A stretch of DNA of 64,000 nucleotides from an uncultured Bacillota bacterium (GCA_963804645.1 CAWDRG010000015.1:160001-224000); one strand, 5' to 3'; shown: positions 9,228 to 19,265, counted from the stretch's first letter. Numbers and translations: made by a program. The notes: generated by a model not told the origin, from the sequence alone.

Positions 9228-10149
9228 CGGCGGTCCGGATCGCGGGTCGCTGCTCGACCGCATCGGCCACACGCCGCTCGTGCGTCTCAGGCGCGTCACG
9301 CAGGACCTTCCCGACGCGGTCGAAGTCTACCTCAAAGCGGAATGGTTCAACCCCGGCGGCTCGGTGAAGGACCGGCCCGTGCTGCGCATGCTGGACGACG
9401 CCGAGCGAGACGGGCGGCTCGAGCCGGGGAAGACGATCCTGGATTCGACCTCCGGCAACGCCGGGATCGCCTACGCGATGATCGGCGCCGTCAAAGGATA
9501 CCCGGTGGAACTCGTCATGCCGGCCAGCGCAAGCGAAGAGCGCAAGCGCATCATCGCGGCGTACGGCGCGCGCATCACCCTGTCGGATCCGCTCGAGGGG
9601 AGCGATGGAGCGATCGTGCTGGCGCGGGAGATTCATGCCCGGGCCCCCGAAACGTACTTCAAGCCCGACCAATACAACAACCCGTCAAACTGGCGGGCCC
9701 ACTACGACACGACGGGTCCCGAGATCCTGGAGCAAACCGGCGGCCGCGTGACCCACTTCGTGGCGGGGCTCGGGACGACGGGCACGCTCGTCGGGACCGG
9801 ACGCCGCCTGCACGAGGCGGACCCGCGCATCGAGGTCGTGGCGGTCGAGCCGGACCGCGCCCTGCATGGGCTCGAGGGGATGAAGCACCTCGCGAGCTCG
9901 ATCGTGCCCGGCATCTATGATGCGGCCGTGCCCGATCGGACGCTGGCGGTGTCCACCGAGGCCGGCTACGCGATGGCGCGCCGCCTCGCACGCGAGGAAG
10001 GGTGCTTCGTCGGCGAGTCCTCGGGCGCCGCGGTCGTCGGGGCGCTGCTCGTGGCCGGCGCACTCCGGTCGGGCGTCGTCGTCGCGATCGCCCCGGACGG
10101 GGGAGACCGGTATCTGAGTACGCCCCTGTGGCGCGCCGACGCGGGGTGA
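9220..10149 (+). CDS. cysM: PLP-dependent cysteine synthase (CysM type)
   Basis: NPGGSVKDR, TSGNAG, GLGTTGT, PDGGDRYLST. Confidence 0.9.
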   Translation: MSSGGPDRGSLLDRIGHTPLVRLRRVTQDLPDAVEVYLKAEWFNPGGSVKDRPVLRMLDDAERDGRLEPGKTILDSTSGNAGIAYAMIGAVKGYPVELVMPASASEERKRIIAAYGARITLSDPLEGSDGAIVLAREIHARAPETYFKPDQYNNPSNWRAHYDTTGPEILEQTGGRVTHFVAGLGTTGTLVGTGRRLHEADPRIEVVAVEPDRALHGLEGMKHLASSIVPGIYDAAVPDRTLAVSTEAGYAMARRLAREEGCFVGESSGAAVVGALLVAGALRSGVVVAIAPDGGDRYLSTPLWRADAG

Positions 10150-10219
10150 GCTCGCGGTGCCATCGGGCTCCCACGGCGAGGATGATTTCGGTTACAATAT
10201 TGTGAAGGAGAGGTCGCGG

Positions 10220-10738
10220 GTGACGATTCGACTGACTCGTGCCCAACTGGAGACGATGCTGGCGCAGGCGTACACAGAGGCCCCGCGCGAGTGCTGCGGG
10301 TTGCTCCTCGGCGTCGGCGATGTCGTCGCCAGGGTGCTGCCGGCGCAGAACAAGGCGGCGGAGCTTCCGGAGCCGCGCGACCCCCGAGTGTACTACTACG
10401 TCGACGATCGCACCCAGTTGGACGCGGTGCGGTTGGAGCGGGAACACGGGTGGGAGGTGGTCGGCATCTACCACTCGCACCCAGCGACCGCCGCGCGGCC
10501 GAGCGAGACCGACCGAGCGCTCGCGGTGTGGCAGTCGCCGCACTACGTGATTATGTCGCTGGCCGATCCCAGCCGGCCGGATGTGCGGGCGTTCCGCATC
10601 ACCGACCGGGTGGAGGAGCACGGGTCCACCGTCACAGACTCGCAGGGACGGCCGGTTCGGGATGTGGTGCATGAAACGATCGTGGTGACACGCAGGCCGG
10701 CCAAGGACGTCGTGAACGAGGAAGTGGTGGCGAGATGA
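10220..10738 (+). CDS. mec: JAMM/MPN metallopeptidase (Mec-like)
   Basis: PRECCGLL; JAMM motif YHSHP.....PSETD. Confidence 0.9.
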   Translation: MTIRLTRAQLETMLAQAYTEAPRECCGLLLGVGDVVARVLPAQNKAAELPEPRDPRVYYYVDDRTQLDAVRLEREHGWEVVGIYHSHPATAARPSETDRALAVWQSPHYVIMSLADPSRPDVRAFRITDRVEEHGSTVTDSQGRPVRDVVHETIVVTRRPAKDVVNEEVVAR

Positions 10739-11163
10739 AGGTGAGCACCCGGGCAGAGTACGGCATCCGCGCGTTGATCGATTTGGCCAGACACTACGGA
10801 CAGGGTCCTATCCAGAGCCATGACATCGCCCGCCGTCAAGGACTGCCCGAGCCGTACCTGAACCAGCTCATGATCACGCTGCGGCGTGCCGGGCTCGTGC
10901 AGAGCAAGCGCGGACCGAGCGGCGGTCACGTCTTGGCGCGCGCTCCCGAGTGCATCACGATCGGGGAGGCGTTTCTGATTCTCGAAGGCAGCGTCGCTCC
11001 GTGGCTGTGCGTGGAAGAGACCGACGCGCACTGCATCTACGCCGCGGGCTGCGGGCTGCGTCCGGTCTGGCAGGCGGTCAAGGCGGCGACCGAGGATGTG
11101 CTCAACCGCACGACGCTGGCCGACATTCTCCGGCCATCGCTCGTCTCGGTCGGCGACGCGTGA
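10735..11163 (+). CDS. Rrf2-family regulator (IscR/CymR-like, three Cys)
   Basis: STRAEYGIRAL, SKRGPSGG, C-x7-C-x5-C. Confidence 0.9.
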   Translation: MKVSTRAEYGIRALIDLARHYGQGPIQSHDIARRQGLPEPYLNQLMITLRRAGLVQSKRGPSGGHVLARAPECITIGEAFLILEGSVAPWLCVEETDAHCIYAAGCGLRPVWQAVKAATEDVLNRTTLADILRPSLVSVGDA

Positions 11164-11180
11164 GAACCGCGAGCGGATGC

Positions 11181-11206
11181 GGAATCGACGGGGAGGCGCA
11201 GGCGTT
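11181..11206 (+). promoter_or_regulatory. Autoregulatory SigR/SigH-type promoter (GGAAT-N18-GTT)
   Basis: GGAAT at 11181-11185, 18 nt, then GTT at 11204-11206, just upstream of the ECF gene. Confidence 0.65.
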
Positions 11207-11239
11207 CTTCACAGTGGACGGCTCGACGAGGTCTGCGGC

Positions 11240-11869
11240 GTGAGCGACGTCGGCGGACACCAGCCGACCCCGGGCGGCGCGGCGACGCCGGACGAGGCCC
11301 GTGAGGCGCGGGCTCGGTTCGAAGCACTCGTCGGGGAGCACCTGGACGGCCTGTACCGTGTGGCCCTGCGGCTCTCGCGCAACCCGACCGTGGCGGAGGA
11401 TCTGGTGCAAGAGGCGATGCTCCGGGCGTGGCGATCGTTTCATACGTTTCGCGAGGGGACGAACATTCGGGCGTGGCTCTACCGTATTTTGATGAACGCA
11501 CACGTTGATCGGTACCGGAAGGCGGCGAGGACGCCGGAAGTGCTCGAAGAGGAGATCGGCGACGAGTACTTGTACGCGGGCGCCCGCGACGGAGACGCGT
11601 TGAGCCAGGCGGGCAACCCTGAGGTGGAAGTGCTCGACCGCATCATGGACCAGGAAGTCCGGGAGAGCCTGGATGCCCTGCCGCTCCCGTTTCGCGCAGC
11701 CGTCATGCTGGTGGACGTCGAAGGGTTCTCGTACAAGGAGGCTGCGGAGATTCTTGGGGTGCCGATCGGAACCGTGATGTCGCGCCTGTCGCGAGCGAGG
11801 CACGCGTTGAAACGCCGGCTGGCGGCGTTCGCGCGGGACCGGCACTTCGTGCAGGGAGAGCCGGCATGA
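11240..11869 (+). CDS. ECF sigma factor, SigR/SigH-like
   Basis: AEDLVQE, GTNIRAWLYRILMN, DVEGFSYKEAAEILGVPIGTVMSRLSRAR. Confidence 0.92.
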   Translation: MSDVGGHQPTPGGAATPDEAREARARFEALVGEHLDGLYRVALRLSRNPTVAEDLVQEAMLRAWRSFHTFREGTNIRAWLYRILMNAHVDRYRKAARTPEVLEEEIGDEYLYAGARDGDALSQAGNPEVEVLDRIMDQEVRESLDALPLPFRAAVMLVDVEGFSYKEAAEILGVPIGTVMSRLSRARHALKRRLAAFARDRHFVQGEPA

Positions 11870-12090
11870 ACTGCAGCGAGGCCGTGGAAAAGCTCTGGCA
11901 GTACCTCGATCGGGAGCTCGAGGGCGACAAGGTGGTCGAGATCGAACTGCACCTGCAAGAGTGCCGCGGCTGTTTCTCCAAAGCGGAGTTCGAGCGGCAC
12001 CTCCGGTCGTTACTGCGAAGGTCGTGTGGCTGCGATCAGGCACCGCCAGAGCTGCGAGCGCGTCTGACCCGGCTGCTCCGAATGTTTTGA
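11866..12090 (+). CDS. Zinc-binding anti-sigma factor (RsrA/RshA-like)
   Basis: C...YLD.EL...HLQECRGC (HxxxCxxC); overlaps the sigma gene. Confidence 0.9.
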   Translation: MNCSEAVEKLWQYLDRELEGDKVVEIELHLQECRGCFSKAEFERHLRSLLRRSCGCDQAPPELRARLTRLLRMF

Positions 12091-13049
12091 ACACCACGCG
12101 CGCGCCCCGCCGTGCCGCGATCGACGTCGGCACCAACTCCGTCCGTCTGCTCGTGGCCGATCTCCCAGGGTGGACCCCAGGAGCGCCGACGATGCTCTCG
12201 CCCGGCGCGCAGGGTCCGATCCTCCGTCCGGTGCTCCGCCGTCTATCGATTACCCGTCTGGGTGACGGTCTCGATGCCACCGGCGCCCTTCGACCCGGCT
12301 CCGCGGCGCGGACGGCGGTCGCGATCGAAGAATTTGCCGCGGCGGCGTACCGCCTCGGCGCGCCGAACCCGGTCGTGCTGGCCACGTACGCGCTGCGCGC
12401 GGCGAGAAACCCGCAGGAGCTGCTGTCGCGAGTGCAGCGACCCGTGCGGATTCTGAGCGGGGAAGAGGAGGCGCGGCTCGGGTTCTTGGGCGCGGTTGCG
12501 GCGCTGGCTCCGCGGCACGTCGCGCCGGGCGTCCTGGTGGTCGACATCGGGGGCGGCAGCGTCGAGCTGACCTGGGGGACTCTGCGAGGCATCGAGGGAA
12601 CCCACTCGTTCCCCCTCGGATGCGTGTTGTTGACCCATCGGTTTCTCAAGCACGACCCGCCAGAGGCCGCGGAGGTCGAGGCGCTTGAGAGCTACCTCGA
12701 CGAGACGCTCGGCCCGGTGCTGGAGCGGCTGCGCACGATTCCGCACGCGGTGATCGGCGTGGGGGGGACCATCACCACGCTGGCGGCGATCGACCAGCGA
12801 CTGGAGCCGTACGATCCGGATCAAGTCCACGGCTACCGTCTTTTGGCCGATCGGGTCCGCGTGATTCTCGTAGATCTGCTTGGCCGGTCGCTGGTGGCCC
12901 GACAGACGATTCCCGGGCTCCAGCCCGAGCGCGCGGATGTGATCGTCGCCGGCGCGCTCGTGCTGCAGCGCGTGCTTGACGGACTCGGCGGGCGCGCGAT
13001 TCAAGCGAGCGAGGCCGACCTGCTCTGGGCGGCGCTGCTGGGCTACTAG
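12087..13049 (+). CDS. Ppx/GppA exopolyphosphatase family
   Basis: AAIDVGTNSVRL, ILSGEEEARL, VDIGGGSVE, RADVIVAG. Confidence 0.9.
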   Translation: MNTTRAPRRAAIDVGTNSVRLLVADLPGWTPGAPTMLSPGAQGPILRPVLRRLSITRLGDGLDATGALRPGSAARTAVAIEEFAAAAYRLGAPNPVVLATYALRAARNPQELLSRVQRPVRILSGEEEARLGFLGAVAALAPRHVAPGVLVVDIGGGSVELTWGTLRGIEGTHSFPLGCVLLTHRFLKHDPPEAAEVEALESYLDETLGPVLERLRTIPHAVIGVGGTITTLAAIDQRLEPYDPDQVHGYRLLADRVRVILVDLLGRSLVARQTIPGLQPERADVIVAGALVLQRVLDGLGGRAIQASEADLLWAALLGY

Positions 13050-13131
13050 CGGGGTCCACGACGTTCGGGTATCAGTGAAGACGGGCCGAGCGGAATGGAG
13101 CCGCGCGGGTTACGTTACGCCCCGTTACGCC

Positions 13132-15220
13132 CAGCCCTAAAGAATAGGCAATTTCTCGCACCACAGCCCTTTCGGCGAGCCGTTTGTCGCAGGGGTCCTG
13201 TGGGTTTTTGACCGAACGCGGGTCGGCCCCCCATAATTTTTTCTTCGCAGCAGGATTTTGGGGGGAGATAACTGAAAGATAGTACTAAGGCATTTCAGTC
13301 ACCAAAGCCTGGCGCCCAGCGGATGACCCGAGACGGGTGTCGAAGGGAAGGCCGATGCGGATTCCCACCCACCCGACCCTCCTCCGGCGGCAATTGGACG
13401 CCCGCGTGCAGCAGTTGGCGGCGCAGGGGCCGGTGCTGGCGGCCAGTTTAGTGAAGATCGCGCGCCGCTGCGGGCGGCCGGGCTGCCACTGTACGCAGGG
13501 CGCGCTGCACGTGGGCCATTACCTGTCGTACAAAGTAGCGGGCAAGACGCGGATGGTGTACGTGCCGGTCGACCTCGTCGAGGAGGTCCGGGGGTGGGTC
13601 GCGGAGCACCGCCGGCTGCGCCAATTGACGCAGGAGATCACGCAACTCACGCTGGCCCAGATCCGCGGGCACGTGACGGCGCGGAAGCGGCGGGCCGGCC
13701 GGGCCTAAGCGCCCTCGGGCAGACATTCCACCACACGATCCAGCACTTCTGGCCGGCGTTGAACCAGTGGCTGGCCGCGCTGCCGGACACGCGCCATCAG
13801 TCGTTCATCGAGTACGACCCCGAGTTTCTCGCCTGGTGGGGGCTCTTGCTCTTCTGCTGTAAACTGGGCAGTCGGCGCCAGTTGGACTTTGACTTGCGCG
13901 ATCCGGCGACGCAGGTGCTCCGCAATGTGAACCGGCTCGCCGGGACGCAGCACGCGACCTTGCCGGTGCACGACACGTTGGACCACTTCTTGCACCATCT
14001 GGGGAGTGCGCCGCTGGCGGCGCTGCGGACCCAGATGGTGCGCCGCCTGATTCGGATGAAGGTGTTGGATGGCGCGCGCCTGCTCGGCCGCGTCGTCGTC
14101 GCGATCGACGGGACGGGGCATCTGCACTTTCGGCGGCGGCACTGTCCCCAGTGTTGGGTGCGGCAGCATCCCGCCTACGACGCGTATCTGCACATGGTCG
14201 AAGAGGCGAAACTCCTCGGCCCCGGCGGGCTCGGGCTGTCCCTCGGGACGGCCTTTATTGAGAACGCCGATCGTCCGTCGCCGGTGGACCGGGACCCGGA
14301 CGGCGTGGAAGCAGGACTGCGAGCTGGCGGCATTCCGCCGCCTGGTGCCGGCCCTGCGGCAAGCGTATCCCCAGATGGCCTTCTGTGTGACGAGCGATGC
14401 GCTGTATGCGTGCGCGCCGGCGGTACGATTGGTCGAAGCCCAGGGGTGGAGCTATGTGTTTACCTTCAAGGCGGGGAACGCGCCGACGGCCTGGGCCGAG
14501 TTTCAGGCCGTGATGGCGTTGTGCCCGGAGAATGTCCTGCGGCTGACCCTCCCCGACGGGACGCAGCAAGTGTACCGCTGGGCGACAGGGATGTCGTCGG
14601 ACGATGGGACCGGGCGCAGCGCGTATGGGTTCAACGCCCTGCGGTGCGAGGAGACGGTGAAGGCGACGACGACGACCTTCGTGTGGATGACGAACCTCCC
14701 GGTGAGCCGGGACACGGTGGTGGAGATTGCGACGAAAGGAGGGCGACGCCGCTGGACGATTGAGGCCGGGTTCAATGTGCAAAAAAACAGCGAGCTCAAC
14801 CTGGAGCACGCCTACAGCACCGATCCGGAATTGATCAAGGCCTACTACTATCTCCTCCAGATCGCGCATATGATGCTGCAACTGCTGGAGCGCGGGAGTT
14901 TGCTCCGGCGCTTGGCCCAGCGGCACGGCAAAACGCCGGTGGCCCTCTTTGGCAGTCTCAAGAACATCGCCCGCCGGCTCCTCGAGGCGCTCCGCCACCA
15001 CGTCCTTCCCGACGAGCCGAGACCGGCCATCCAAATCCGCTTCGATACATCCTAAGAGCGGTTCGCTGGCGGCTGCTCCGGCTCTCGTACTCGCTGTGCT
15101 CGCTGCTATGTTCCGCTTCTCGAAGTCATCGCTTCGAGCTCCCTCCCTATCACGCTCGTTTGACCCTTCCGCGATGCGGTCCCAGCCCTCCGGCTTGCCA
15201 GGTCCTATTCCTCATCGCTG
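13132..15220 (+). mobile_element. IS with a small DUF6788-like ORF (13355-13708) and a DDE transposase (~13705-15055, frameshift ~14290)
   Basis: Imperfect IRs CAGCCCTAAAGAATAGG / CCTATTCCTCATCGCTG. 9-bp target duplication CGTTACGCC at 13123-13131 and 15221-15229. Motifs AIDGTG, KQDCELAAF, DALYA, RWTIEAGFNVQK; the small ORF has RRCGRPGCHC. Confidence 0.85.
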
Positions 15221-15230
15221 CGTTACGCCA

Positions 15231-16528
15231 GGTAGTGTCAACTCTTTTGTGTAGTTTCGCATGACCCGTATCGGTATGCGTAGCGCTCATTGAGCGCCCG
15301 GATGATGGCAAAGATGATGCGCTCGCAGCTGGCCGTGTTGGTGAAGCAGGTCATCGGGCGCGTGCGGCGGCGGATCTCCCGGAAGACCCGTTCGATCGCG
15401 TTTGTAGTTCTCACTTTCCGCCAATCGGCTTCCGGGACGTCAAGGAACTTCAGCAGCGCATCCCAGTCGCGGAACAGGGTGGCGACGGCGCTGGGGGCGG
15501 TGCGCTCCCAAGCTTGCCGCCAGCGCTGCAGCGCGCGTTCCGCGGCCGGCCGGGATCGGGCTTGGTAGATACGGCGGGCCATGCGCAAACACTCGTCCCG
15601 ATCGCGGACGCGCAGGCGGTTAGAGACATTGCGGAGGACGTGGACCCAGCAGGCCTGGCGGGGGACGTCCGGATAGATGTAGTCGAGGGCGGCATGGAGC
15701 CCGCGGTGCCCGTCGGTGGTGATGAGGCGCAACTGGCTGCCGGCGAGGCCGCGCGCGGCGAGGGTGAGGAGAAAGGCGTCCCAGGTGCTGTGGCCCTCTC
15801 GGCGCACGAGCCGGAAGTCCAGGAGCTGGCGGCGGCCATCGGCCCTGAGGCCATAGGCCACCAGCGCCACGCGGCGGCGGGTGCCGTCGGGGGTTTTGGT
15901 GCGGAGGCTGACGGCGTCGAGGAAGAGATAGACCCACTCATCGGACAGAGGCCGACGGTGAAAGGCCGCCACCGCCTGGTCCAGGGTGCGGGTGATGGCG
16001 GAGACCGTCGTGGCGCTGAGGCGGTCCTCGAGCAGCTCGGCGAGCAGGGGGCCCACTTGGCGGGTACTGACGCCGCCGAGGAAGACGCTGCGGACCAGCG
16101 TATTGACGCGGTCGGTGCGGCGCTGGTAGCGGGGGAGGACCGAGGGCGTAAAGCCGTGGACCCGGGCGCGCGGGACAGTGAGGGGGAGAGTGCCCCAGGT
16201 GGTGGTGAGGCGCCGGACGTAGGAGCCGTTGCGATAGCCGCGGCGGTAGGAACTGCGGTGGTACGAGGCGGCTTTCAGATAGTGGGTCAACTCATCTTCC
16301 ATGCGGTGTTCGAGGAGACATTTCACCGCGCGGAGGCTCTCGCGGGAGATGTCCCCCCAGAGGGTGGCTTCGTCCTTGACCTCCTTCCACAGATCCGATA
16401 CGGTGAGATCGGTCAGTGCGGCAACACTGGCCACGGGCGTATCCTCCTTTCTATGGGGTAGTGGGTGGAGGGTACGCCCCCTCCCTTTCGGCGCCCTCTC
16501 GAAAGTCCACAGAGAAGCGTACACTACC
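15231..16528 (-). mobile_element. IS256-family element (transposase 16434-15238)
   Basis: IRs begin GGTAGTGT. 8-bp TSD TTACGCCA at 15223-15230 and 16529-16536. Motifs YLFLDA, TDGHRGL, QACWVH, RTTNAIER. Confidence 0.93.
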
Positions 16529-16543
16529 TTACGCCACCCGCGT

Positions 16544-16571
16544 TTGACAGGTCCGGTCGCGGTGTTATAAT
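16544..16571 (+). promoter_or_regulatory. Consensus sigma70 promoter of the tRNA
   Basis: TTGACA-N16-TATAAT with a TGn extension, 34 bp before the tRNA. Confidence 0.85.
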
Positions 16572-16604
16572 GACTAGTGCACTTCAAATTACATACGGTT
16601 GCGG

Positions 16605-16681
<77 letters not shown>

Positions 16682-16694
16682 AGTTCACAGAGGC

Positions 16695-16730
16695 GACCCG
16701 CTCGGTAGACTCCGAGCGGGTCCTTTTTGT
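16695..16730 (+). terminator. Intrinsic terminator after the tRNA
   Basis: GACCCGCTCGG-loop-CCGAGCGGGTC followed by a T tract. Confidence 0.85.
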
Positions 16731-16819
16731 GTTTCGAGGGACGCGATTTTGACAAACTTCCACCGGCCGTGTTAAGGTACGTAGTAGCTATTGGCTACTT
16801 ACTCGTAGAGGTGTTGGCC

Positions 16820-17089
16820 GTGGGAATCGTGACGGCGAAGCAGCTCAAGAATAGTACTGGTGAGGTCTTGCGCCGCGTGCGATCCGGCGAGATCGTAACG
16901 GTTACGATCCGTGGCACAAGCGTGGCGCAGTTCATCCCCCTGCGCGGTAGGGCCCAGGTACAGCATTTACGCCAGGCGCGTGCATCAAAACAAACTGTCG
17001 TGCGGTCCGTCGCTGGACGGTACCGGGGTGTGGGGACCCTGCGGGAATTTCTCAAGGACAAAGCTCAGGAGATTAGACAGGAGCGATAG
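16820..17089 (+). CDS. Phd/YefM antitoxin
   Basis: VTAKQLKNSTGEVLRRVRSGEIVTVTIRG; upstream TTGACA at 16749 and operator AGTAGC-N5-GCTACT at 16783-16799. Confidence 0.85.
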   Translation: MGIVTAKQLKNSTGEVLRRVRSGEIVTVTIRGTSVAQFIPLRGRAQVQHLRQARASKQTVVRSVAGRYRGVGTLREFLKDKAQEIRQER

Positions 17090-17092
17090 GCG

Positions 17093-17509
17093 GTGCCCCC
17101 ACTATTCGTCCTGGATTCGAGTGCAGTGCTGGCGTTCCTTTATGGGGAGCGTGGCCGGAATCGGGTTGAGCAGCTGCTCCTCGAGGCCGCCGAGGGCCGC
17201 GCAACGATCCGATTACATCGAATCCATCTTGGGGAAGTGTACTACGTCTTCTACCGCAAGGGTGGGGAGCGGACTGCCGAGGCCATGCTCGATGACGTCG
17301 GGCAACTACCAGTGGAAGTCGAAGATCGCGTTTCGCCCGCCCTAATGCGCGAGGCGGGCAGGATCAAGGCTTCGTACCCTATGTCTTATGCCGATGCCTT
17401 CGCTGCGGGACTGGCACGGGTTCGGAAGGGGATCCTGGTTTCGGCCGACCGCCTCGAGTTTGGACCTGTTGAATCGGCCGCCGAGCTCTCGGTCTTGTGG
17501 GTGCGGTGA
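17093..17509 (+). CDS. vapC: VapC PIN-domain toxin
   Basis: FVLDSSAVLA, GEVYY, SYADAF, SAD. Confidence 0.9.
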   Translation: MPPLFVLDSSAVLAFLYGERGRNRVEQLLLEAAEGRATIRLHRIHLGEVYYVFYRKGGERTAEAMLDDVGQLPVEVEDRVSPALMREAGRIKASYPMSYADAFAAGLARVRKGILVSADRLEFGPVESAAELSVLWVR

Positions 17510-17624
17510 GGGAAGACACGGATCGCCACGCGGAACACAGATCAGCATAGAACGATCGCATCGCATGCTGCTGGAAGCGCGGCAAGTGGTAGGCAAAATT
17601 GTTCTGATTCCCTAAAGGAGAAGT

Positions 17625-17721
17625 AGGCCACTGCGTGACGCAAGGAGACGGCCCGATCGTCAAGGAACCAGTTCATCGCTATACACCATCACCGATTGGG
17701 GGTCCGCACACAGGTCCGCAC
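17625..17721 (+). repeat. Cassette-end module, copy A (truncated by an IS21 end)
   Basis: Homologous to 19114-19265 and 60776-60949; ends GGGGGTCCGCACACAGGTCCGCAC. Confidence 0.75.
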
Positions 17722-17830
17722 TGTCAACGCCGGGTTAGAAGTGACCCCACTCCTGCCGCTTTTGAATTGACCCACCCCACGCGGCCACCGCATCGCGGGC
17801 CGCCGGTTTAGAATTGACCCACCCCCCTTC
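17722..17830 (+). mobile_element. Isolated IS21-like terminal sequence with no istA/istB
   Basis: Starts TGTCAACGCCGG and has repeated GAA(G/T)TGACCC motifs, typical of IS21 ends. Confidence 0.55.
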
Positions 17831-18076
17831 GGCGCTCACGCCTTGCCCGGCGCAGCGGCTGGCTCGGCCTGGCATCGACTCCAGTCGTTCCTCGAAGCAC
17901 AGAGCTGCCGTAACAGCAAGACTTATGCACACAAAGTCCCTGGCGGGTTTATCTTCGTATGCGGGGACAACCCCCCGGGTCTATGCCTTTGGGCGATGAG
18001 GATCATCCGCGGCTCTTGAGGATATCGGAGTCGTCAGAACGTAGCTTGCGGCCTACGGCGCTGCCGTAGTACACTA

Positions 18077-18385
18077 ATGTGTGTGGCTGGTCCGGATGAC
18101 TTTGACGGCTTCGAGTGGGATGAGGAGAAGAGCGCGCGCTGCTATGAGGAACGTGGTTTCGACTTCGACTACGCAGCGAAGCTTTTCGACGGCGATTTTA
18201 TCGAGTGGGAGGACCGGCGCCGCGACTGGGGTGAGCCGCGAGTCGTCAGCGTCGGAGAGGTCGAGGGACGAACCCTCACCGTTATCTGGACACCGCGCGA
18301 GACCCTGAGGCGAATTATCTCGGCGCGACCGGCATCGCGGTCGGAGAGGGAGAGACTGCATGGCAACCGTGAGACGCAGCAATAA
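18077..18385 (+). CDS. brnT: BrnT-family toxin
   Basis: FEWDEEKS....RGFDF..A..F; DWGEPR; RRIISAR.ASRSER; upstream palindrome CTACGGC-N3-GCCGTAG. Confidence 0.88.
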   Translation: MCVAGPDDFDGFEWDEEKSARCYEERGFDFDYAAKLFDGDFIEWEDRRRDWGEPRVVSVGEVEGRTLTVIWTPRETLRRIISARPASRSERERLHGNRETQQ

Positions 18386-18710
18386 GGAAATTCGTGAAGG
18401 GCGCGGTCGCGCGCATGGGGAGAAGATCGCATCTTTCACGGAAGCCGACGTTGACCGCTTCGCGCGGGACGACGAGAGCGACACGAGTGGACTCGGTGCG
18501 CCACGGTATGTCCCACCGCGCACTGATGTCCGTGCACTGCGCGAGCGACTTGGCCTCTCACAAGAAGAGTTTGCGCGGCGCTATATGCTTTCGCCGCGCA
18601 CCATTCAGGATTGGGAACAGCGGCGGCGCGAGCCGTCGGACGCTGCACGCGTGTTACTGTTCGCCATTTCGCGCAACCACGAGGCCGTCGAGAAAGCCCT
18701 ACACGGATAA
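18360..18710 (+). CDS. XRE/HTH antitoxin (HigA/MqsA-like)
   Basis: DVRALRERLGLSQEEFARRY...TIQDWEQ.RREP; overlaps brnT. Confidence 0.88.
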   Translation: MATVRRSNKEIREGRGRAHGEKIASFTEADVDRFARDDESDTSGLGAPRYVPPRTDVRALRERLGLSQEEFARRYMLSPRTIQDWEQRRREPSDAARVLLFAISRNHEAVEKALHG

Positions 18711-18775
18711 GGTCCTCGCTGCGAGCATCACGCGCTTCGGGTGCCAGCATTCACGTTGGATGCCGTGCTCGATCT

Positions 18776-19098
18776 TTTGATAGTGCCGGTAACCTCCTCG
18801 GCATCGAAGTCCCGAATCCCTGGTTCAGGGCTCCTGGCCAGCGCTCGATGTTGACCACTACATTCCCGGGATTCTTGCCAGAGTGTTCGGTACTCGACGT
18901 TGGATGAGCGAACTTGGGCGCAAGGGCGGCATTGTCCGCAGTGCGGCAAAGACCGCGGCGGCACGTGCCAATGGCCTCAAGGGCGGACGGCCCCAACGTA
19001 GTACCCGTGCCGTAGCGGGGTCTGCCCTTGAAGTCCAAAGGAGAAGCAAGCGTCGGACACGCGTCGCCGCACGACGGCTGAGGTCCCGGGCTCGGTGA
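18776..19098 (+). pseudogene. TA debris: a DUF2283-like fragment and the 3' part of a DUF2442-like antitoxin
   Basis: FDSAGNLLGIEV, then ALDVDHYIPGILARVFGTRRWMSELGRKGG..RS.AK.AAARANG.KGGRP. Confidence 0.55.
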
Positions 19099-19113
19099 GA
19101 CGCACTGCTGCGG

Positions 19114-19265
19114 TAACTGCCTGCGACCGGGTCGGCAGCCGAGTGTTACGGGCACGAGACAGCCCGATCTTCCAGAACCAATTCAGCGCGCAGTTCACTA
19201 TCGCCGGTCGGGGGTCCGCACACAGGTCCCGCACAAGGTAAGGATCCTCGGAAAGGCCTATAATA
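19114..19265 (+). repeat. Cassette-end module, copy B (split by ISL3, resumes at 20586-20615)
   Basis: Collinear with 60776-60949 once the ISL3 is removed. Confidence 0.85.

Noticed and set aside
18904..19098. Standalone KGG stress protein or excisionase
   Set aside because: The upstream in-frame sequence suggests it is the tail of a DUF2442-like antitoxin.
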